A stretch of 64,000 nt of DNA, taken from assembly GCA_021613535.1 (NCBI GenBank), contig CP075496.1, forward strand, positions 9,300,001 to 9,364,000. Direction: 5' to 3'. Position numbers and translations under genes: made by a program. Below the pieces are notes generated by a model. That model ran no database searches. It saw only the letters and a program-made list of their open reading frames with translations, and was not told the origin of the DNA. This document shows, in pieces, positions 23,594 to 36,011 of the stretch. This DNA comes from Adineta vaga (taxonomy: Eukaryota > Animalia > Rotifera). The number at the start of each line of letters is the position of its first letter. Within the stretch, counting starts at the first letter, position 1.

Positions 23594-24337
23594 ATGAATG
23601 CAGATAAGATTGTTCACATTCGCTCATTCCAACCGACAGAAAATGAAATCGAACAATGTCATAATATAACACGTAGTGTCTTCAAAGAATATGGTCAATC
23701 TGAAGAGAAAATTAACAGATTTATGATCGAACAAGACATGAGTGATATTGAAGAAAACTATTTGAAATTACCACGAAGTCATTGGTGGGTGGCAACAATT
23801 GATCAAGAAATTATTGGTCAAGTTGGTGTACAACCAATGTCTGTTGGTGATAGAAAGTTATACACAAAATTAATGATGAATGAAAGTACACGATTCTATA
23901 AAGATATTCATCCAGATGACATTTGTGAATTAAGACGCATGGCCGTGTTATCAACTTATCAAAAGAAACATATCGGCCAAGATTTACTGCGTACACTGAT
24001 TAACTTTGCACGTACACAAAAATATGAAGCAGTTCATTTAACTACAGGTTTAGTTATGAAACTAGCGTGTTGTTTCTATGAACGATATGGTTTTATACGT
24101 GGTACAATTGATCGTTATCCTTTGAATGGCAATGCATTGCTTACTAAAGATAAGACAAATAATGATGTTGATATAAAAAAGACAGATAAAATAACAGCGT
24201 TTTTGGGTGTGCCAGTGATATTCGATGGTTTGAATGATTTAACTGATGAAGATTGGGAAGAAATCAATCAGCCCTTAATGATCATGCAGATGAAATCAAA
24301 ATATTTTTATATACAAAATTTTTGGATGCGATTGTAA
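23594..24337 (+). CDS. GNAT-family N-acetyltransferase (NAT8/camello-like)
   Basis: DMSDIEENYL...HWWVA, CELRRMAV..YQKKHIGQDLL (acetyl-CoA motif A), VHLTT...ACCFYERYGF (motif B). Intronless. Confidence 0.9.
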   Translation: MNADKIVHIRSFQPTENEIEQCHNITRSVFKEYGQSEEKINRFMIEQDMSDIEENYLKLPRSHWWVATIDQEIIGQVGVQPMSVGDRKLYTKLMMNESTRFYKDIHPDDICELRRMAVLSTYQKKHIGQDLLRTLINFARTQKYEAVHLTTGLVMKLACCFYERYGFIRGTIDRYPLNGNALLTKDKTNNDVDIKKTDKITAFLGVPVIFDGLNDLTDEDWEEINQPLMIMQMKSKYFYIQNFWMRL

Positions 24338-25013
24338 TCTACGAATTATGTACTCATTTTGCAAAAAAATTTTAAAAACAAAATTATCATGTACGAAAAA
24401 TATAAATGAATAATTGAATGTTTATCGTCACCGGCAAGACTTACCTTATATGACGACCATACGTTGCATCATATTGATTTCTAATAGATATTTGTTAGTG
24501 TTATTGCGAAGTACATCGACATGCATTGCTCAGCAGTAAAACCATAGAGAAATAGCGTGACGATAGTACAAAAAGAATCATAACAGCGGATAACTTCGTT
24601 CTATCATCCTTTGGGTTTAATTCTCTGTGTGAGTTAGTTATAAGTCAATACGATTTGATTAAACTAGTGATTGTATTGCCTACATATTCTCGAGTACACG
24701 GACACCTCTCGGTGTTACAATTAACATAAAAATCAAACATTCAATTATTTGAACAAAATTAATTTAGAAAGAAAAGAAAAAAAGAACAGAATTCTGGTGC
24801 TTGTTCAGAAGTCGATATTCTTTATTTGACAAACGATTTTTTCTTAAATTGTGACTGTCGTCTTATTTACTAAGAAAAAACGATATGTTCTTCATTCACA
24901 CAAAACCAATATTGGTTTTAACGGAATCAATCTGAAACATCAATATAAATGACAAAGTGTGAAAAAGTCTCGAAACAGATATGTATATAATGTGTAACTG
25001 AATTTTATTTCGG

Positions 25014-28000
25014 ATGATAATACCAAGTGATCCTTTTGCTTTAGATTATATATATGATGATATGGATTATTATAGAAAAAGAAAAGAAATACTGTGGGTC
25101 ATTATTCTTATTACTATTTTAATATTCACTGGAAAAAACTCATTTAATTCTTCTAGAAGTATTAACTTCTCTCGAACATTCATTGGGTTAAACAGTTCAA
25201 ACAACATTTTAATCACTGGTGGACTAGGTAGACTAGGTAAGATTTTATGTTTCCATCTGATCCGTGCTGGTTATTTCATCATTATTTTGGATGTAAAAAA
25301 CAATACTGAAGATCTATTTCAAGAACTCAAATATCAGACTATCAATCAAAAGCAAGTGAAAATCTTCATCGGTGATATTCGAAACTATTCTATTATACAT
25401 ACAATTCATCAACAATACAAAAATCTATTTGGTATTATTCATTTAGCTGGTATTTCTCGAGAAGATTGGTGTCAAGATTATATAGAAGATTGTTTTCGTA
25501 TCAATGTCGATAGTACTGAATTATTTTTACAAGCAATTCAATCTTTGTTTAACAGAATCGATGGAAAAAAACCATGGTTAATATATACGTCTTCATATTC
25601 TTTATGTAGAAATGAAACTACATCCAAAATAATAACAAACTATCTTATTCAAACACAAACTAATGCTGAATATCTTATTAAATCATATTCTAATCTTTTC
25701 TCTCAAATTCTTATCCTACGACTTTCAGAAATCTATGGTATATTTGACGATTATTCTGATCGAACTATTCCATACTTTATACGACAGACTCTTACTAATA
25801 GCCCGATATCGTTGGCGGAACCGACTCTAATTGAAAATTACATTCATATTGATGATGTAGTGAACACAATCATTGAATCAATCAAGAACATAATTCAAAG
25901 TAATACTTCCTCTTCAATATCAACACATTGTTCTCCTGGAAATTCAATCGATCGTCAAACATTATTATCAATCATTTTACAGATTACAAATTCTCAATCG
26001 TTCATTCGTACAATTAATACTACTCAGAAGATTAGATTTAGATCGATAGTAGAGAATCGAACTACTTGGAATGAATTCAACTATCTTATTCAAAAATATG
26101 TTAATGCGATCAAAAAAAGAGATCTTTCTCATGTGAAAGATCTTTTCCACAATGAATGTGTTACAAATGTGATGAAACAAATAGATTTAAATAATTGTAC
26201 AATGTTAATTTATACTAATGTTATGACTCTTTCGATGTTAACTTGCACGCATGGAAAAAGTCTACAAAATACACGTCAATTTTCACCTGAGTTTCGATTT
26301 ATTTCTGCTAAAATCGAAAGCATTCAAGGAATGTCCGCATATTATATTCAATGTTTAACTTCAAATTCCAACTTTCTCAGCATCATAAATAGAACAGTAA
26401 TTACATCATTGAACAAAAGTCCATTTTTCATTTCATATTCATCAGAAAATCGATCGGTAGCTTTGTTAATTTACTTAAACGAACAAATCAACGATTTGTA
26501 CTTAGTACTGTCAAATGGTTCTTTACAACCTTGGAATGGTCATGAACATATCTTCTATCTTTCGCCTTTTTGTTGTGAAGGTAAAAGTTCTTTACCTCTA
26601 TTACAGATAGATCCTTTACTAGAAAAACGAAAAGAATTATCTTGGTACAATATGGGAGGGAATGTGAGCACGAAATGTCGTCGATTGAAAGCGTACATCA
26701 ATCAAGAAACAATGTCATAAGAAAATAATAATTTATCAAAAGTATATCGCGTCTGGAATCATTCGAATACTTTCGATGAACCTCTGTGCGATAGAGATTG
26801 TTTCTTATTCACTGGATGTATTCAACTTGGTAATTGTCGTTGTGTTGCCGACCGATGTTCCGGAAAACATCAATATCCATATCATAAACTAGTTTATAGT
26901 AAATCGATGATCGACATTGATATTTCCCAAATATCTATTGTAACTATGTTACATCATCATTCAAAACTCTTCTATAAATCTTTCGTTGCACCACGAATAC
27001 ATGTAATTGAATTACCACAAAAACTTTTACCTCACTACAATGATACAGATCGTTATACGCTCCATTCAAGACATTGTTTTAATGTTGATGATATAATTTT
27101 ACAAGCATTTAAATTAGTTTCAACTACAAATATCTCCACAGCAGAATTTGTATTTGTTCCTTTCTTTCACGGATTTTACATGCATTATAAAGCAATGTCA
27201 TATTCTCAACTAGTATCTCTAGTAAAAGAATTAGAAATCTTTGTTAAAACAAGTTTGATGGCTGTAAATTCAACTGCAAAAATAATATTCATATTGACAC
27301 ATGATTCGGGTGGATGTATAGGATTTGTTTGGGATCATTTAAGTCTCGTTCTTTCTTCTATTAATAATCGAATTTCTTCATTACGTTCTACTTATCTACT
27401 ACAAATGAATGGTGACTATAATACTAATTGCTATTATTCGAATAAAGATATTGTTATTCCATCATTTTCATGCACAACTTCTTCTCTCGTTACTTCATTT
27501 CGTGATATTCATTCAGTAAAACATATTTTACAACGACGTGTATTTGCTTTTTTCAAAGGAACAATATGGGGAACGGGTTTGGCAACAAGAGCACGTGTAT
27601 CTTGTTCGAATCTATGGAAACATACATGGAATCGAACAACATATGGAATAACTTTAATTCAAACATATTATGAAAATACAAATTATTTAACAACATTGAA
27701 TGAAACAAAATTTTGTCTCATTATTCCAGGTACAACAGGATGGTCTGCACGATTTATTGATGCTATTTATGCTGGATGTATACCAGTACTTATAACTTCA
27801 AGTACACGTCATCCATTTGAAGATATTATCAATTATGAAACATTTTCAATTCATATTTCAGAAAATCAACTCGATTTCCTTGAAGAAAAATTATTAAGTT
27901 ACAATGATAATGATCTTATAATCAAACAAAAATATCTTTTGAGAATAAGATCCATATTTGTATATGAAAACTATAGAAATCCAAGTGAAATTCTTCTTCA

Positions 28001-28067
28001 TAATCAAGATAATCCCTTATTTTTTATTTTACTAAGCTTACGTATGAAAACAAACCATCGCATATGA
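25014..28067 (+). CDS. Type II membrane NAD-dependent epimerase/dehydratase fused to exostosin/GT47 glycosyltransferase, interrupted by one in-frame TAA (26718-26720)
   Basis: N-terminal TM; ILITGGLGRLG, IIHLAGIS, YTSS. The 62 codons between the two ORFs are open and in frame (Cys-rich CDRDC...CIQLGNCRCV...C). GT47 motifs AEFVFVPF, THDSGGC, KDIVIP, KFCLIIPGTTGWSARFIDAIYAGCIPV. Confidence 0.85.
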
Positions 28068-28528
28068 AATATCGTGAAACAAGTTTCTTGTTTGATAATT
28101 ATTCATCAGTTCCATATAGCATTACTTGATATTTGTATATTTCAATATTGAGAGTGTCACTAATCGAAGATATAAAGAAAAGTTAAGGAAAACAAAAGGC
28201 AAATATTTTTATACAAGAAGTCTATAGGCAAAAAAGCGTATATGATGCTGTTCACACTCATTTTCTTGCTGATTTTTCCCTTTATTATTGTATATGGATG
28301 CATCAATTCCTCGATATTGCAATATTCTGACGTTATTTTGATTCGATTTTTACGGTACATTAATCTCTCGAACAAAACTTTTACATATCTGAATCAAACA
28401 AGTAACGCTCGTCGTGCCGAATCACTTTACCCTCGACTGTGGAAGACAGGTAATTTCTGCCTGTGTCAATAGTGAGACGAATTGATCCAACAACTTCATA
28501 TACGAGAAAACGATTCAAATTTGTTTTC

Positions 28529-28562
28529 TCACCCTCCCTCACCCACACCCACACCCACACCT
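28529..28562. repeat. (CCCACA/CCCTCA)n short repeat
   Basis: tcaccctccctcacccacacccacacccacacc; similar motifs near 44705-44790 and 60686-60747. Confidence 0.7.
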
Positions 28563-28849
28563 ACTCGTCCGTAAAAGAGAACGCAAGAGAATATCATGTC
28601 AAAGTACATAAAAATGTACTGAAGTAAGAACATCATCAGAATAATCTATTAGATGAGAAAAACCGTATCACGCGTACAGTGCATGTCAGAGAGATTGTCA
28701 CATTAATGTCGTCATTTACTGTTCGTATGAGTAATAAAAAATACATTACTGATAAGAATTTCTTTTTCTTTTATCGCATCGTAATAATATTTATATTCCT
28801 ACAGTTTCATTTGCTATTGTATTCGATAAAGATTGAAGTTCTTAAAATC

Positions 28850-30187
28850 ATGCTTTCTTCCAGTTGCATTCTTTTTGCTCTTCTTCTAAAAGTTATAATA
28901 AGTCACCAAACTGAATTAAATATTCATGGAACAGTTGCCAATGGGTGGGAAATGATTCAAGATAGATTTAAAGAAAATTTTCTACAACAACGCGAGTTAG
29001 GTGCATCCATTGCCATATATCATCAAGAAAAATTAGTCGTCAATCTCTCGGGTGGATGGTTTAACAGGTCACAAACAAAATCATACAACAAGGATACATT
29101 ACAATTAGTTTTTTCAGCAACAAAAGGTTTAGTTGCAGCAACGGTTGCACTTTGTGTACAACGAGGTTTACTGAATTATTCTGAGCTAGTAACGAAGTAT
29201 TGGCCAGAATTCAGGAAGAATGGCAAAGCAAATACAACTGTCGCTCATATTATGTCACATCGGGCTGGTCTACCTTTTGATTCTGGATTAGTAGAAGATT
29301 ATTTGAACTGGACCGGAATGGTGCATTATTTAGAACAAAGTTCACCCGTGTGGGAACCTGGAACAAATCATGGCTATCATGCACTGACATATGGCTGGTT
29401 AGCGGGTGAACTTGTTCGCCGTGTCGATCCGAAGAAGAGAAGTTTAGGACAATTTGTAAGAGATGAAATTGCTCAAGTATTGGATATTGAATTTTATATT
29501 GGTTTACCGTCTATTGAAGAATATCGTGTTTCACCATTAGATATCAAACCAATCGACGATGGATCGAATGAAACTCTATCAGAACAGTATAGTGCATTTA
29601 ATGAACACTATGTTCATCAAGCAGAAATTCCAGGTGGAAATGGAATAACAAATGCAAGATCGTTGGCACGATTTTATGCATCTTTGATTGGTGATGTGGA
29701 AGATAATAAACATTACAAACGTTTATTAAATGATGATATTTTACAACAAGCAACGAAATCCAATACACCTGCTAATGAAATTGATTATGTAGTGAAAGTG
29801 ATCACTAATTTTAGTATGGGTTTCCTTGTCATGAACGAAATGTATCCATTACTTGGGCATGGAGTATTTGGTCATGTTGGTAATTTGAAGTATAGAATAT
29901 CTAAGCCTTTTTTTCATAAAATTTCTTCTTTTGCAGGAGCTGGTGGTAGTATTGGCTTTGCTATACCTTCGAAAAATCTTTCATTTGCTTATGTTACAAA
30001 TTTGATAGTCTCTCCAGGATCAGATGGTATTGATCCTCGATATAAACCAATACTAAATGAGATTTCTGCTATACTCAATCGAAGTAATTCTGCCGATTCG
30101 AATAAAAAACTTTGTTCATACTTCTTCCTCCTTTGTATTTGGTTGGTCATCAACTTTATTTTCACAGACCATTTGCTACTCATATAA
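28850..30187 (+). CDS. Beta-lactamase-family serine hydrolase (class C/EstB-like), secreted with C-terminal hydrophobic anchor, 2 exons
   Basis: FSATK (SxxK), IMSHRAGL, WEPGTNHGYHALTYGWL. Removing the in-frame 57-nt intron 29880-29936 restores FGHVGAGGS. Signal peptide from the ATG at 28850. Confidence 0.92.
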   Translation: MLSSSCILFALLLKVIISHQTELNIHGTVANGWEMIQDRFKENFLQQRELGASIAIYHQEKLVVNLSGGWFNRSQTKSYNKDTLQLVFSATKGLVAATVALCVQRGLLNYSELVTKYWPEFRKNGKANTTVAHIMSHRAGLPFDSGLVEDYLNWTGMVHYLEQSSPVWEPGTNHGYHALTYGWLAGELVRRVDPKKRSLGQFVRDEIAQVLDIEFYIGLPSIEEYRVSPLDIKPIDDGSNETLSEQYSAFNEHYVHQAEIPGGNGITNARSLARFYASLIGDVEDNKHYKRLLNDDILQQATKSNTPANEIDYVVKVITNFSMGFLVMNEMYPLLGHGVFGHVGNLKYRISKPFFHKISSFAGAGGSIGFAIPSKNLSFAYVTNLIVSPGSDGIDPRYKPILNEISAILNRSNSADSNKKLCSYFFLLCIWLVINFIFTDHLLLI

Positions 30188-30573
30188 TTTGATACTGCAT
30201 GTTTTAAAATAAAAGCGAAAAATTGATATTTTTTCACTCATAAAATCGTATTCTGCACTCTCATGCTTTCTCTATTAATTGCATTGTCATAAGTAAAAAA
30301 GCTTTTTTTTCTTTTGCCTATGTAATGACTTGTATTACATACATATTCAATATTGATACTCATCAAATTGATTGCTGAATCTTAGAAAAAAAATCGAATG
30401 CAATATTGAGAGGATTACCAAGTAAGATATAGTTGATGTCAATTGATATATGATTAATCCTTCTTAATATGATCAAAACTAGATTAATTCGAAAAAGTAT
30501 AAAATAATGTTTTAAAGAAATAGATCTTTCTATTTCGTTTTCTCAGTCCAAATATTGAAGATACAGAATAACA

Positions 30574-31385
30574 ATGCACACCGTAATAGTTTTTCTCGTC
30601 CTATTTTCTCTAATTAATTGTATAACCGGAACGTTTGTATGTAACAGCGATGGTATGTTTGAGAATGTCAATGATCCTAATACATTTTGGCATTGTGCTC
30701 ATGGTATTAATTATCTAAAACATTGTCCAACAACTTTAGTTTGGTCACAAGAAACACAACAATGTATTTGGAATAGTAAGTTTTGTGTTCGTCATTTATA
30801 ATCTGAATGTACCTATTATTGAACAAAGACTTCTTGATTTTTTTTCGATAGCAAATCCAATAGTTATAGTAACAGAATCATCATCATCATCATCATCATC
30901 ACCGGTAACAACAACATCAACAGAAACTGTGCCAAGTGAGCATACTTTTAAAACAATGAATATCATTGTCATTTTGTTTCCTTTTAGTTACAGAACCTAT
31001 AGCAAATGGGCTTCCTCCTCAATGTTCGACCTATACATCAATCACAGATGCCACTCGTCGTACAAACAATACAAATATGAACGCTGAAACCGATCATTCC
31101 TTTTTCAGTTCAACACCCGTTTGGGTTCGATTTGAAGGTGCTGCAGGCACTCGTCTTGCAGATTATTCTGTTCCTTATAATCGTTGTGGATCAGAAGGAG
31201 CTGGATGGTTAAAACACCCCACTGAGCCAGAAGTTGGTGAGACAATTAATCAAAAAGCTTGTTTCAATTGGAGTGGTATGAGTTGTATTTGGCCTGAGAA
31301 GATTCCACAGACAAATTGTGGTGATTTTTTTGTCTATGCTCTTGTTGCTCCACGTCTTTCTCACGCTCGTTATTGCACTATCTGA
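30574..31385 (+). CDS. Secreted chitin-binding (CBM14/peritrophin-A) + S/T linker + uromodulin/GP2/OIT3-type D8C domain protein, 3 exons
   Basis: CNSDGMF...FWHCAHG...KHCPTTLVWSQETQQCIW; introns 30776-30851 and 30936-30987; WVRFEGAAGTRL...RCGSEGAGWL...ACFNW...C.W...TNCGDFFVYAL...RYC. Confidence 0.85.
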
Positions 31386-31751
31386 AGTAAAATATAAAAT
31401 AAAATATTAATTACCATTCTTTGTGATACTTTACAGCTGTCTTGTTCTCTATATCGTTTAAAAAAAGCAACAACAAGATTTCATATAGGGAGAAATTGAC
31501 AGATTGAATCATATTAGTCTTCCAAATTTGAACGTAGTTTTAGCGACAAATATTGCATTCAAGTAACGATTATCTTCTAGTCCCATTCAACAAAGTAGTG
31601 TGAACATACATTTATAGTTTCAAGTTCGATGTACTTTGTCACTTACAACTCATCAAAGCTTTGAAGTGTTGTTATTATTACATATATTTTATCTGTCGAA
31701 TTCATAAGATATGCGTAAAAAACTAAAGGAGTGACGAATTGTCATTGCGCA

Positions 31752-32885
31752 TTAATTACATGAAATGTTTGGATCAATCCGGATAATTCGATTCATTCCG
31801 ACATCAGAAAAGTACATGACATAATTAGCAAGAATTTTAATATCGGCAATTTTTGAATTACTTGGCATTGTATAATTACCGAGAATATTTCCTTGTTGGT
31901 TATAAATATATATTGTTTGTGTTCCAAGAGAAATCCATAAACGATTACCATTATCGACAGTGACATGAGGTACACCATTAGAATTGTTTATATTGCTTAC
32001 TGTGAAAAGAAATGTCTCTTTCCACAATCCATTGATAGGATCACTATAAGAATACAGTGAATAATTGTTATAAGATGTTACATAAAAAAACGAATCATTA
32101 ACACGCCACATACCGTACGGACCAGAACAATTAATTAATTGATTCGATATGAAGATATAATTAATTGGTGAAGTATTCGATCGATTGAAAAAGACAAGAG
32201 AATTTGTTCCATAAGAAGAGACAACCATTATTTGACCATTCTTCAAAAATATTATACCTCGTGCTCTATTAACAGATGTTAATGAAATATTATTCACTAT
32301 CGTTAAACTTGTACTATTAATGATCACCAATGGAGTAGTATATGCTTTTATATAATAAAAACCGTTATCATAAGCAATGGCCATCACACTGCTTGTATCA
32401 ATTCCAATGGAATTCATTAGTTTCAGATTTGTTATATTAAAACGACTGAAAGTATCAAGAGATTTATCAATGGTTGATATGTAACCATAATCATCAATGA
32501 GAAGTTCAGAAGGATTTGAGATATTGGCTGTTGTCATGCTGCTCCAGATTAATTTGTTTAGTAGAGTATCAGTATTAGGTATACAACCTTGACTAATATT
32601 TTGAAATATTCGTTGGGGAAAATACAGACGTGCATCGATTATTTGTTTGATGCGATATGTAAGTGGAAATTCTGGAAAGAATTGACAACTATTATTTGAG
32701 AAACAATTTAGAACTGGATAGGATAACTTTGAATAGCAAAGACATTGATTACAGGAAATATTGATAATCAGAGTACTGTTTATAGACTGCATTGGTTCCA
32801 ATATTGCATTCGCAATAAACGAAATTCGAATGGATATGACTGATATGATCAGAAGGGAAAAATAGTAGTGATACAATGTATTCAT
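31752..32885 (-). CDS. Secreted beta-propeller (NHL/SMP-30-like) protein with N-terminal Cys-rich module
   Basis: Signal peptide; SCNQCLC...LNCFSNNSCQFF; propeller-like repeats (ARGIIFL, GPYGMW, PHVTVDNGNRLWIS, MYFSDVGMNRIIRIDP). Start chosen at ATG 32885; 32897 is also possible. Confidence 0.75.
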   Translation of the reverse strand: MNTLYHYYFSLLIISVISIRISFIANAILEPMQSINSTLIINISCNQCLCYSKLSYPVLNCFSNNSCQFFPEFPLTYRIKQIIDARLYFPQRIFQNISQGCIPNTDTLLNKLIWSSMTTANISNPSELLIDDYGYISTIDKSLDTFSRFNITNLKLMNSIGIDTSSVMAIAYDNGFYYIKAYTTPLVIINSTSLTIVNNISLTSVNRARGIIFLKNGQIMVVSSYGTNSLVFFNRSNTSPINYIFISNQLINCSGPYGMWRVNDSFFYVTSYNNYSLYSYSDPINGLWKETFLFTVSNINNSNGVPHVTVDNGNRLWISLGTQTIYIYNQQGNILGNYTMPSNSKIADIKILANYVMYFSDVGMNRIIRIDPNISCN

Positions 32886-34121
32886 AATAAAGCTCATTTC
32901 AACGGTGAATAAAATGAACAATGTATGTTTAGTATCAAAAATTATAGAAGAAAATCGTCTCTTTCTATCTGAAAAAAAGTGCGAATGTAGATCTTTTGCT
33001 TCTAATAATAGTTTACATAATTATGAAAAGTCAGTGCACTTTTTAACTACTTTTAAAACGTTGCCACACTTGATCGATCAAAGAAGACGCTCCATCTTTC
33101 TAAATAAATGTGACTAGAATTTAGCAAGTATTATGGTATATGACCTTACTGTAGAAATAATTTCAGTTTACATCTACTCATTTATTTTACTTTATTGTTA
33201 TTCTTCGTAAACGTCAACTCGTTTAAAACTATGAAGTTTCTTTTTGAATTCTTCAATCATTCTCAATAAGATAATTGAAAGAAAATGTCTCTTTGTTCTT
33301 TTTTTCTATCTTGTCATCTGAATGCATACTTTTAAAAAATTACTTTTCCTTCTCTTTCATTTTTCCATCAATGACAATTGCAATCTAGGAGTATTTTCAA
33401 ATCGACAAAACTGTATTCGATACATCTAAAAGGAACATATATATATTTTTCAGTCATCGTGTTATCGCCTAATTATCCAGCCAACCATATTCAATCTTCT
33501 CTTTTTTCGATTAAAATAACGAACTAAATAGTGCAGAAGCGCACTTATTATTAAAAGATAAAAGCAATTTAATCTTTAAAGTTTAATGCAACTCCATAGG
33601 ATTGATACGTGCGTCAATAACGCATTGAAATGAGAATCTTGTTCTAATCATTACATTTATTTTTGTGCTGAAACTTCTCAGATGTTAAACATACAAAAAA
33701 TTTGGTCGGAATAACTGATACTATTCATGATTTTTATCAAGGAGAAAACAATTGACTCTAAGGTACGATTAGACTGGAAAAAAACGCATTTTATTATTTG
33801 TATCTTCATAACATTTTGACTCTCCTATGTATAATAAACAAAAAGAGTCGAACATCTAGATTCTCGTGATTTACACTTTTCAAACATCCTATATTTATCT
33901 TCAAAGAATTTTTATAATGAGATAAAAACAGAAACACTGCCTTTCATCTCTTCGTTTTTCTCTTATTATCCACTTTGACTCATACTATTTATCAACATAA
34001 TTAACGCCTCTTTCTATAGTGATAAATTCTTTTCTCTCTCATTAATTATCATTTAGAACTTTGATCAAAGACAAAGTTGAAAAGGACCATTACATCAGAA
34101 TATTTCTGCAAGAGAATCAAA

Positions 34122-35151
34122 ATGTCATCTTTGATAAGTTCTTATGCATTCGCTCAAAAACAAGTGACTATCTATGGTGGTACTCTCCTTTTAATTTTGG
34201 GTATCATTGGTGGAATTCTAACTACATTTATATTTCTTACTCTGCGTACATTTCGACAAAATTCATGTACATTCTATTTAACAGTTATGTCGATTGTTAA
34301 TGTTGGATATTTATCAAGTACGCTGTATTCACGTATAATGTTGAGCATTTATGGTGATGATGCAACTAACAGTTCATTATTTTATTGTCGATTTCGATAT
34401 TATTTTATTACAGTTTGTTCGACAATATCGTTAACATGTTTTTGTTTAGCCACAATTGATCAATATTGTGCAACATGTTTTCAAGTACGTTTTCAACAAT
34501 GGTGCAATATCAAAATAGCTCGACGTTTAGTTATAATATTTGTAATTATATGGCTTTTACATGCCATTCCTTACTGGTTTTTCTTGAATCATGTTCGAAT
34601 ACCTCTAACCAACACAATTAGTTGTACGTCAACGAATTCTATTTTTACACAATATCGTGCTTATGCCATTGTACTTATGCTTTTTAATTTATTGCCTATG
34701 TCTATTGTTATATTATTTGGATCGATGGCTTATCGTAATGTACGACAAATACCACACTATTCAATACCACTTGTTCGACGCGATTTAGAAAAACAATTAA
34801 CAGTCATGGTATTATCACAAGTTGTTCTTAGTAATGCAGTTATTCTACCATTCACAATTATGTATCTTATTCAATTGAATCTAGATCCAAATATTGATCC
34901 ATTAGTTCAAGCCCAGATTCAATTAGTCTACAGTATATTTAATTTTACTTCACTGCTATATTTTACAGTAAGTTTTAACGCATAGGATACTATAGAGTTT
35001 GTTATATTTTTTGTAGATGCCATTTTATGTTTACGTTTGTGCATCAGAACGATTTCGTCGACAATTGATTTTTGTATTATTCAAATTTTATAAAACTCGA
35101 TGTATACGACAACCAAACATGATTCAAAATCAAATCATACCAATATCATAA
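34122..35151 (+). CDS. 7TM G-protein-coupled receptor (rhodopsin-like), 2 exons (34122-34967, 35017-35151)
   Basis: FRQNSCTFYL, YCRFRYY, CLATIDQY (DRY-equivalent), LEKQLTVM. Intron 34968-35016 adds TM7/helix 8 PFYVYVCASERFRRQL. Confidence 0.9.
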
Positions 35152-35205
35152 AAGAATTACAAAGAAAGATATTTTTCTGATCTAGTATTAACATACTTTG
35201 ATATA

Positions 35206-35235
35206 CATTGTATTGTATTGTATTGTATTGTATTG
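35206..35235. repeat. (TATTG)n pentanucleotide microsatellite
   Basis: cattgtattgtattgtattgtattgtattg. Confidence 0.85.
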
Positions 35236-36011
35236 ATGCTTAATGAAAATGAAATAATATAATCTGAATAGAAGTATTTCTATTCGTATGAAAATATTTT
35301 AGTGATAGAGTATGATTGATTAGTAATTTCAAAGATTTGAATTAACTATTAAAGTTATAGCATGTTATAGAAACAATACTATTCTGTAGTTTCTTATATC
35401 GTTTTTCTCCTATTGTATAGAAAATGATTTTTGAGGCGGGCATAGTACTAAAATAAATGTTATAAACCAACGGAAAAGTTATTTAAAACTTCAAATGTCC
35501 ACAGTGTATGCCGCAATATAACGACTACTGCTCCTATTTCTGCTTCTGCACTTTTGCGATTCATAAAAAATTTTGAATTCTCTAAATAAGAAACAACAAA
35601 TTGGATTTACGAAAACAAGTTCTGAACGCTTTTCATATAATGAAGAAAACGTTGCTTGTGGTGCTTTGTTATATATATATATGTTTTCATCCATCTTCAA
35701 TTGATATTCTCAGATTTCAATGTTACATTTTCTTTGAAAAATCTTTACTAAAACTATTCTTCAAGCACACGGTATCTAATTGATCAAAATTCAATTTTTC
35801 TTTTGTATGCGAAGACATATAGATACAATATTCAATAATGCAATGATTGTATTACATACATACCTGTACTGAAAAAATAGTCTTAATAATAATTCATTAA
35901 TCAAATCTTTCTTGTTCTAGTTCTTCTTTACTTTACCTTCAATATATAATCGACATATGTATAAAATATTATTCTGAGTACGTTTCAGAAGAAATACATA
36001 ACATCTCAAAC

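Noticed and set aside
26693-26721. Tiny GT-AG intron that might remove the stop in the epimerase-GT47 fusion
   Set aside because: 29 nt is below local intron sizes and would shift the frame.
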